From: Cyanophora paradoxa CCMP329
Taxonomy: Eukaryota > Plantae > Glaucophyta
Direction: 5' to 3'
Assembly: GCA_004431415.1 (NCBI GenBank)
Contig: QPMI01000395.1
Span: 434,001-498,000 of the forward strand
DNA length: 64,000 nucleotides
A program made the translations under genes and the position numbers. Of this stretch, positions 51,001 to 60,019 are shown piece after piece (position 1 is the stretch's first letter; each line of letters starts with the position of its first letter). Below the pieces are notes generated by a model, which saw only the letters and a list, made by a program, of their open reading frames with translations, was not told the DNA's origin and searched no databases.

Positions 51001-53685
51001 TCATTTAGCTTAGAGACAATATTTATTCTTTTCGCGGGGATTCGGGACAATATTTATTCTTTTCGCGTGCTCGCTCGCGCAGGGCGGTGCTGAAGAACGA
51101 GGGGCGCAAGCAGGTGCTCTTGCCCGAGCCGGGAGATAGCCTAATTACCTGCTCTTAACTCTAAATTTAGTTAGAGAATCATATGATGGCAGGCCTTGAT
51201 GACAGATCTTATATGCGGCACCTTAAGCTCAAGCTGTCCCTCGGCAGGTGCTCCTGGCCGAGCGGGCGCGCCAGAAGAACATCGGCGCGGGGGGCGCCGG
51301 CGGGCCCGCGCCCCTGCAGGGCAGGCCGGCGCCGGGGGCCCCGGGGCCCGACCTCCTCCCGTGGTCGAACGCGTACGAGTGCGCCGCGCCCGCCCGCCGA
51401 CGTTCCCCCTCATCCCTCTAGCTGGATCTCTTTCCTCTAGCTGGATCTCATTCTTATTTCATTGATACTATTCTCATTCAGTAACATACTCCTCTCATTA
51501 CCATTCTCAGGGAAATGCACTCGTGGATCTCGAGCTCGTCGTCGAGCTCGAGCGACGAGGGCGGCGCGGGCCGCGGCGCGGGGCTCGGCCCCCGGAGCTC
51601 CGCCCCGCCCTGGCCGTCTCCCCCGGGCGCCCCCAGGGCCCCAGAACCGTTCGGGGGAGCGCCGATCGCCAGCTCGAGCGCAATCCCCCGAGCGGTCCCT
51701 GGAGCAACCCCCGCGGCCGGCCGCGCGCCGATCGCGAGCGCGAGCTCCATGCCCGGAGCGGTCCCCGGAGCAGCCCCCGCGGCCGGGCGCGCGCCGATCG
51801 CGAGCGCGAGCTCCATGCCGGGAGCGGTCTCCGGAGCAGCCCCCGCGGCCGGCCGCGCGCCGATCGCGAGCGCGAGCTCCATGCCGGGAGCGGTCTCCGG
51901 AGCAGCCCCCGCGGCCGGCCGCGCGCCGATCGCGAGCTCGAGCGCAATCCCCCGAGCGGTCCCCGGAGCAGCCCTCGCGGCCGGCCGCGCGTCGATCGCG
52001 AGCGCGAGCTCCATGCCGGGAGCGGTCCCCGGAGCAGCCCCCGCGGCCGGGCGCGCGCCGATCGCGAGCGCGAGCGTCATGCCTGGAGCGGTCCCCGGAG
52101 CAGCCCCCGCGGTCGGGCGCGCGCCGGGCGCGAGCGCGAGCGTCATGCCCGGAGCGGTCCCCGGAGCAGCCCCCGCGGCCGGGCGCGCGCCGGGCGCGAG
52201 CGCGAGCGTCATGCCCGGAGCGGTCCCCGGAGCAGCCCCGCGGCCGGCCGCGCGCCGATCGCGAGCTCGAGCGCAATCCCCCGAGCGGTCCCCGGAGCAG
52301 CCCTCGCGGCCGGCCGCGCGCCGATCGCGAGCGCGAGCTCCATGCCGGGAGCGGTCCCCGGAGCAGCCCCCGCGGCCGGGCGCGCGCCGATCGCGAGCGC
52401 GAGCGTCATGCCTGGAGCGGTCCCCGGAGCAGCCCTCGCGGCCGGCCGCGCGCCAATCGCGAGCACGAGCGTCATGCCCGGAGCGGTCCCCGGAGCAGCC
52501 CCCGCGGCCGGCGCGCGCCGATCGCGAGCGCGAGCGTCATGCCTGGAGCGGTCCCCGGAGCAGCCCCCGCGGTCGGGCGCGCGCCGGTCGCGAGCGCGAG
52601 CGTCATGCCTGGAGCGGTCCCCGGAGCAGCCCCCGCAGTCGGGCGCGCGCCGATCGCGAGCGCGAGCGTCATGCCTGGAGCGGTCCCGGAGCAGCCCCCG
52701 CGGCCGGGCGCGCGCCGATCGCGAGCGCGAGCGTCATGCCTGGAGCGGTCCCCGGAGCAGCCCCCGCGGCCGGCCGCGCGCCGATCGCGAGCGCGAGCTC
52801 CATGCCCGGAGCGGTCCCCGGAGCAGCCCCCGTGGCCGGCCGCGCGCCGATCGCGAGCTCGAGCTCCATGCCTGGAGCGGTCCCCGGAGCAGCCCCCGCA
52901 GTCGGGCGCGCGCCGATCGCGAGCGCGAGCGTCATGCCTGGAGCGGTCCCCGGAGCAGCCCCCGCGGCCGGGCGCGCGCCGATTGCGAGCGCGAGCGTCA
53001 TGCCCGGAGCGGTCCCCGGAGCTGTCCCGCTGGTCAACGCTGCGACCGGCCTCGGCCACAGGCAGCAGCAGCAGCAGTGCGCCCGCCCCTCCCTCCCCGC
53101 GCCCGCCCGCCTCGAGCTCGAGGCTTCCCCGCCTCACAGTGAAGCGCAGCTCGAATCGCGCGGGCACGGCCGCTGCGGGGCCGGGGGCCGCGGCCGGGCG
53201 GGCCCTGCCGCCCCCGCCCCCGCCTGTGGTGATCGTCAACGGGCCGTCGGTGTGGGAGCGGTACCAGGAGGTCACGGGCAAGGTCGCCGAGCAGCGCCTC
53301 GCCCTCACCACCGCAATGTCAGCGCCGCCCTTCCTCCTGCGCCGTTGAAGTAACGTGTCCGCTAAGTTCGAACTCGAATCGCGCAGGATCCAGGCGGGCA
53401 AGGTCGACCTGGGCTTGGTCAAGCACCTGATCCGCGAATTCGTCCTCACCACCTACGTGAGCCGAGCTTTTAGTATCGATGCACACCCCGCACTGCGGTT
53501 TCTGCGGCTCCGCCCTAGGCTTGTAAATAGTCAAGCCTCGCCTCTGCTTTAGTGCAACCTAGCCTCCGATCCGATGCGGGGCGCAGGGGGCCGAGTTCTG
53601 GGACGAGTCCTCGGGCGGGCTCAAGCCGTGGAACGTCGTCGCGTCGATCCCGTACCCAGGCCGTGGGCCCGGACCTGGCTTCTAA
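45082..53685 (+). CDS. Multi-exon protein with four tandem copies of an unrecognised helical domain and a 22-aa Ala/Pro/Gly repeat array
   Basis: ATG at 45082. The module (L/E)FF(N/G)GDE(A/T)A(F/Y)xxS(Y/F)(E/N) / I-P-R..F...RPLLEE..DL / YNL..YI.Y...VP..R..YPGGLAELK.LYERNREK / helix occurs at about 45.9-46.9, 47.1-48.0, 48.5-49.6 and 50.2-51.1 kb with conserved intron positions. Some linkers need frameshift correction, so the single-gene model is partly inferred. Confidence 0.65.
51661..53025 (+). repeat. 66-bp coding minisatellite, about 21 copies (PIASAS(S/V)MPGAVPGAAPAAGRA)
   Basis: Unit gccgatcgcgagcgcgagc..atgcc.ggagcggtccccggagcagcccccgcggccgg.cgcgc has a 66-bp period. Three copies are 1 bp short (near 52236, 52510 and 52686). 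Confidence 0.95.
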
Positions 53686-54143
53686 TCGCTCGCGGGCGAG
53701 CGAGCCGCATCATGATCACCGAGTGCGCTCGCGTTCCCCGCATAGCCGAGCCTCGGAGTGCGCTCGCCGGCGCCCGCGCTCGCCGCGATCGTGAGAGGTC
53801 GCACCTGAATTTCGAGAGGCAGCATTTCACCCTTCACCCCAACCACGTACCCCCCCGCCCTGTCCCGCTTCTGCCCCCCGCCCCCATCACCGAGTGCGCT
53901 CGCCGGCTCCGGCGCTCGCTGCAATGTCAAGTGGCCACACCTGATTCTCGAGGGGCATGCGCAGCATTTCGGCAGGGTCGACACATGCACTTTCGCTTGT
54001 ACCCCCGACTCCAAATGCCTACCCCTCCACCCCCAACCCTCTACCCCCCAACTCCGCCCCCGCCCCTGGCCCCTCACCGCTTCGTCCCTGCCTCCGTCTC
54101 CGCCCCACTGCCCCCCTGCCCCCCTGCCCCCCTCTCCGTCTCC

Positions 54144-54189
54144 GCCGGGGGGTGGGGGGTGAAGTGCACTTCACCCCCCACCCCCCGGC
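54144..54189. repeat. 46-bp perfect palindrome with no spacer
   Basis: gccggggggtggggggtgaagtg|cacttcaccccccaccccccggc. The ORF track shows GGWGVKCTSPPTP on both strands here. Confidence 0.95.
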
Positions 54190-54306
54190 CCTCTCCTTCC
54201 CCATACACACTACAGTCAAAGAATCAATCTTTGTGATCTTTTAATATTACTACCTACGGAGTGGTCGCCCGACTCGCCCCAGCCTGGCCCCGGCCCCAGG
54301 TACCTA

Positions 54307-54589
54307 CCGTGTGGCACTATAATACCGCGCTCATTTAATTACTGGTAAAACGCGGTAAAAACGCGCTCATAATACCGCACTATAATTTGGTAAAACGCGG
54401 TAATTTAGTACCGCGGTAATTCGCTGCTGAGAAGTCCCCCCATACAGTACCCCCCCCCGAATAACCGCCCCATACAAGCCTCAAGTTTTTTTAAAACGCG
54501 GTTGGTACCGCGGTATTTTGGCGCCGGCCACCCTCGGGCCGGAGTTTCTAACGCGGTAATTTATGCCGCGGTAATTTAGTGCCACCCGG
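54307..54589. mobile_element. MITE-like non-autonomous TIR element (283 bp)
   Basis: Left end CCGTGTGGCACTATAATACCGCG against reverse-complemented right end CCGGGTGGCACTAAATTACCGCG (20/23 match). The interior has many cgcggta/taccgc motifs and no coding capacity. No clean TSD. Confidence 0.7.
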
Positions 54590-55158
54590 CCCCGCGGTAC
54601 GTTTATACGGTCAAATTATACATACGGAGCTCGCCCGGGGCCCCAGGTACCCGGTACCGAAATCCGCCAATGGGCCGTACACTTCTGAGTCTTTTGAGTA
54701 TTTTCCCGCGGCCGGGGATATCGATCATCGATGGCCATTCGAAATTCATATATATGCATTTTCGCACTCATATGGATCGAAACTCTCAGAGCCGGAGTTG
54801 CCAGTGACTTGCCACGGAGTCACGGGCCTCACGGCACGGACCACGGTTGTCCACTTACTAGGGCTCTTAGTAGCTGAAACGCTCGTCGGCGCCGACTCGA
54901 TCGGATCGGCCGGGCGGCGCGGCCCCGGGGCCCGGGCGCCCGGGGCCCCGGCCGGGCCGCGGCCCGCGGGCCGACACTGTGAGTCTGTGACAGCGGCCCG
55001 GGCCCCGGGCCGCCGGGCCGGCGCCGGCTACTAGTAGCCGACGCTCGAGTACTAGTAGCCTACTACTTAGGCTATTACCCGCGCCATGGGCCATGGCCAG
55101 TTGGCCACTGGCCAGTCACTGAGTGACTCAGTGAGCCTGAGCAGCTGGCAGTGAGCAC

Positions 55159-55648
55159 TAGGGCTGGGTTCAGTGGAGCCCCCGGGTCCACTCAGTCAGT
55201 GGACTTTTTGCGTCAAACTCACTCAGTGACTACCAGTGAGTGGGGGGTACGTGCTCTTTTACACGAAAAACGACCAAAAACGACCTAAATCTCGCTGAGC
55301 TTTCAGGCACTACGTGCCTTAACTGTTTCCACGGGCTTTCGATGTGTTTAGAGGTCATTTGCAACGCAGGCCATTGTCAGAATTGCAGTGCTTCTCGACG
55401 CTGCACACCCTTCGCGCCGCGGCCTGCGGCACTCCGACGTTAAGTACCCCCACGACGTTCCACCTAAATTGCTATAGGTGGCGGATGGGTCCTATTTTTT
55501 GGCGCCGGATACCCCCCCTATGCAGCGCTGGCTGAGGTCCGGCTCACTGGCCTCATACATTTTTCTTTGTGCGAGTGAGCCAAAATCTCCACTGAGTCAG
55601 TGCAGTGGGACCCTCGACCCTCCACTGGTTTCACTGGACCCAGCCCTA
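55159..55648. mobile_element. hAT-like MITE (490 bp)
   Basis: Left end TAGGGCTGGGTTCAGTG against reverse-complemented right end TAGGGCTGGGTCCAGTG (16/17 match). The 8-bp flanks gtgagcac and gtgatcat match at 6/8. Subterminal cactca/cagtg/tgagt motifs sit at both ends. TAGGG termini with an 8-bp TSD are typical of hAT. Confidence 0.8.
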
Positions 55649-56130
55649 GTGATCATGAGCACTGAGCACCGCGGCACTGATGAGCAGTGAGCACTGAGCA
55701 GTGAGCACTGAGCAGTGATCACTCTGCAGCTGTGAGCATACTGCAGCACTTAGCTAGCGTTTCTCAGCGGCTGCTTCGGTCCTTCGCCTTCGGCCGCGGG
55801 TCGCATTACTCCGAGGCTCAGGCTAGAGGTCGCCGATCGAGAGAACTCCGGATCCCGTACGCGTGCGCCAGCCGCCCGCCCGCCCGCGCGCGCGCGCGTT
55901 AGACAGCTGCGCGCATAAATATGCAGGCCTAGGCGCCCCCCGGCCCGACTAGACTAGGCTGGGCCTCAGGACCTGACGAACGGGAACGTCAACGGATCGA
56001 ATAGGAACGTTAACGGCCCGTTCGATCTGCTGCTGCTGCTGCGACCCGGCCCGGCGGCCGCGGCGAGCTTCATCGCACTGATTTCGATCCGCCGAGCGCA
56101 GCCGCACCAGCCGCTACAGATCTAGACGCC

Positions 56131-57121
56131 ATGGCATCGTGCATCGCGCCCACCAAGTTCTTCGTCGAGCGCTTCGCCGACGCCGTCGCCGCGGACCCCG
56201 TCGCGGAACGGTCGTACCTCGCCTTCGATGTTCAGGTGCGCATGCGCCTTCGCCATCGCGCTTGCAATTAATATTCGCGATGGATGCTTCGAGTTTTGGG
56301 CCGCGGCCGCCCCGCTCATTTATAATATATATATGTAACATTAACATTCCTCCTCTACCGCCTCCTCTTAGCAGGGATGGATGCTCGGGCCGCCCCGCTA
56401 ATAACATGTATCTGTTATCTATATACATGTACCATTGGGATGCTTGGGCCTTCTCATTCATCTGTAGTGACGTTGACACTCCGCCTCTGCCGCAGACGAA
56501 GTGCATTACCGAGCTGATGGACTACATGAAGTGCGCCTGCGGCGACCCCGCCGCCCTCGGCATCGACTTCTCCAACCCGACGTCGCCGGCCTTCCAGGCC
56601 AGCCACGGCCGCCCGCGGCCGGCGCCCGGCGCCGCCGGCGGGGCTTGCGATCGATTCGAATTCATAGATTCGACCTTTAGGGCGTTCAATTCGAACTTTA
56701 GGGCGTTAAATTCAACCTAAAATGACGATGCCTTGATCATGAAGAGTGACACGGGGCCCCGATCGCATTCGCAGGAGTGGGACGCGTGCGTGCGGCCGCT
56801 GATGACGCAGGGCCAGCAGTGCCGCATCGACTGGGAGCTCGTCTACGCCCCCGACTCGACCAACAACGGGCAGGCCGGCATGGTGCAGGCCGAAGAGGTC
56901 GAGGTGGTGCGCCGGCGCCCTGCCACGCACGATATCGATGTCCAGTTAATGTTTCCCCGTGCCGCACACCTCCCTAGACCTATTTTTGAGCCCCGGCGCC
57001 GCTCTCGTGGCTACGAGCTCTCCTAAGCTCGCCCCGCGCGCAGGAGGGGGAGGACTTCGACTTCGCGGAGGCCATCGCCGCCGCCGACGCCGAAGCCGCC
57101 GCCGCCGACCTCGCCGCCTAG
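56131..57121 (+). CDS. Small hypothetical multi-exon protein
   Basis: GC3-rich exons MASCIAPTKFFVERF...AFDVQ | TKCITELMDYMKCACGDP... | EWDACVRPLMTQGQQCRIDWELVY... | EGEDFDFAEAIAAA...* are bounded by GTGCGC/CAG sites with AT-richer introns. Confidence 0.6.
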
Positions 57122-57727
57122 CCGCCTAGCCGCCTACTAGCTAGCCGCCCGCCCGGCATCGCGCGGCAGCGAGCGCGGCCGCTTGCGATTGCGATATCGA
57201 TATCGTTCACGATCGCCCGCTCCCGACCGTCGGACTTCGTTGAAATATCAATGGCATTTCTTCTGGAATGGCCACGACCGTCGGACACAGAACCGAAACA
57301 GGGAAGGGGTACCAGGAATTCGATCGCGAGGTGGATCTCGCGCTTCCGACGGTGGCGGCTGGGGCTCGGGGGGAGGGGGGAGGAGGAGGAGGGGGCCCCG
57401 GGGGGGGGGGGGGGGAGGGGGAGGGAGGGGAGGATCCGGAGGAGAGGAGCTCGAGGAGAAGCGGGAGGGAGGGGGGGGGGGGGGGGGGCGAACAGGACAG
57501 CTGCAGGGCCCGGCGCGCGCGGCAGCTGAAGATCTAGAGAAAAGAATGTGGACATCGAAAAAGCCCAGCTGCAGATCTAGAGTGAAGAAAAGCTCGTAAT
57601 CTGTCTTGCTTTTGGCTGCCTCCGGCTCAGCTTGAGTTTTCAGGAAGATCGAATGAAGCTATAATCGCGCGTCGTCGCCCGCACTGGCCCCGCGACGCGG
57701 CGCCAGACTGTCGTCATCCGGCTGCGC

Positions 57728-58696
57728 ATGCTCTCCCTGGGCGACGTCGAGGAGGTCATCGACAACAGGCACGACGTCGTCGAGCTCGAGGCCACCCTAG
57801 GCCTGCCGCTCCCCGTCATCATCGAAGGTGGCATCGCGGGCACTATCCCGTTCACCGTCGCCCGCGCGCGACCAGCCCCGCGAAGTCCGCGGTCTAGAAT
57901 TTTTCGGCATGACGTTCGAGGAGATCCGCGCGCATCCGAACATCACGGCGGCGGGTCTGCGCGGCTTCGACGGCACGCTGTTAGCGACGGGGATCCGCCA
58001 GCTCGCCGCCGCGGTGGGCATCACGCCCGCCGCCGACCCGTCCAACCCCAACAAGCTCTGGACGCGCCAGGTGGTCCCGGCCGCCGGGGGACCGTCGGAC
58101 GGGTCACCATCGGCCGCGGCATGTTCGTCGTGTACGGCACCCGGGCCGGCGCCCGGGTCCGGGCGAAGGAGTTCACTGTCGTCACGGCCAGCGAGGGCCA
58201 GTCACAGGTCAAGGCCGCCCTCCCCATCGCGTACCCCACCGGCGAGCAGCCCAAGAAGAAGGGCCGCAAGGGCCGCCTCGGCGAGATCGACCGCCGGCTC
58301 GAGGCCGTCCAGGCAGCGGTAATGGCGCTCCACAGCGGTTGAGCGGTAACAGCCGCCCCCGCCCCCGCGGCAGCCGCGTGGCCCGCAGCCGCAGCCCGCC
58401 CCCGCTCCCCCCTCGCGATCGGCCCCCGCCCCCGCCAGCGCCCCGACCGCAGGCACGAAGCGGACGCACGAAGCGGACGCATGGGAAGGGCCCGCGGGCC
58501 CAGCCCGCCCTCCCCGCCCACGTCCCCTACCGCCCCCTGGCCCCCTCCATCTCGACCGGCGGCGCCCCCGGGGCCCCGCAGTTCGGCTTCGCCCCGTCCC
58601 TGACCGCCGCGTCCCAGACGGCGGCGAAGCTGGGGACCGCTCCGGCGCGGCCGGCCATCAGCGCCCAGCCCCCGTACGCCTCCCCCCCCTGCCGCC

Positions 58697-58733
<37 letters not shown>

Positions 58734-59310
58734 GCCTCCGCGGCCGCTGCCGCCCCCCCCCCCCCCCCCCCCCCCGCCTTCGCCGCCACCACCGCCGCCG
58801 CCCCCGCTGCCCTCGCCACCCCCGCCACGTGCACCCCCGCCGCCTTCGCGACCGGGGCGGGCGGGGCAGACGTCCTGGGGTAGTAGCGGAGTACGGCCTC
58901 CAGGCCGCGGGCCTCACGGGCCCGGGCCTCGCCCCCTCCCCGACGTCTACGCCGGCCCCGTGGCCGGGGCTATCAGCCCTGAGGCCGCCGCCGCCCTTCG
59001 GGCCTCCCTCGCCGCCCAGCGTGCCGCCACGGGCGCCGAGCAGCCCGCCGGCGCCCCGTCGGCCCCGGCGGTCCCGACGGCGGCCCCGCCCCCAGCCCCT
59101 CCCGCCCCCGCGCCCGCCCCGGCTCCGGCCGGGGCGGCCGCCGGAGGAACCTCGGCCCCCCCCCCCCCCCTCCGAGCAGGGCCTCTCCGACATCCTCGGC
59201 CTTCTTCAGACCCTTACCGCGCCGGCCGCCGCAGCCGAGTCGGCGCCGCCGGCGCCAGGCACCCAAAGCACCTGCGGGGCCTTGCCGCCCTCCTCGGCCT
59301 CGGCGTGTAG
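57728..59310 (+). CDS. Hypothetical protein or pseudogene: globular N-terminal part with frameshifts, then Pro-rich tail
   Basis: Protein-like GC3-rich sequence switches frame near 57865 and 58088 (LGDVEEVID.. / EVRGLEFFGMTFEEIR.. / GTVGRVTIGRGMFVVY..KKKGRKGRL). There is a stop at 58342 and then poly-Pro ORFs. Confidence 0.4.
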
Positions 59311-60019
59311 AACTTTACCCCTCTCGGCTCCCCGTCCTTCCCCGCTGTCTGCCACATTTCTTTCCTTCCCTCGCCTAGCTCGTCAGCAAGTAGCATCGCA
59401 CCATTACCCCCGCGTTCAGAGCTAGATAGTGTTGGACAGATCCCGCGGCGTCCCGGCACCGGGCCGGCTCTAGGTCTAGAACCACATAGTCCCCCTACCT
59501 TGATGTCGGCGCCTAGCGCCACCGCACCGCCAGGTCTCTGTCCGTCCCATTGGGCGGGGGGGCCGAACGAGCAATTTACACCGTGGGGGCGATGCCCTCA
59601 CCCCTCCTGGAAAAAAAAAGCTTGAGGGGCGGATCCGGAGGGGCGCAACAGCTGCAGGAGCCCCATGGAGCGTTTTGCACGGAGCGGATGAAGAATTGTC
59701 TTGACTCGACTGTGAGGGAGAAACTGAAATTAAGATCACTCAGCAATTTGCATTTCACTTCACCACACGGATCGTACATCGATTCGGAGTTTATCGAGCC
59801 CTGGGCCTCGCTTTGAGCTTGCCGGCAACAACAGAGCCGGCAGATTCGCCAATCTTCGTGAGCTTCGTGAGGGCAGACTGCAAGCCACCGGATCCGGCAT
59901 TCTTCCTCCGGGACTGCCCCCCCAGCTGCACACGTGCACGCCCCACCGTTAGCTGAGTCGAGGGAGCCGATCGCGCGAGCGTGCATGCACGCGCGCGCGC
60001 GCGCGACGGCGAAATCTTA

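Noticed and set aside
51661-53025. CRISPR-like array
   Set aside because: The units are contiguous with no unique spacers, no cas genes are present, and the context is eukaryotic and coding.
44460-59400. One large transposon or endogenous virus covering the orphan genes
   Set aside because: No transposase, integrase, RT, Rep/helicase, polB or capsid motifs were found, and there are no enclosing terminal repeats.
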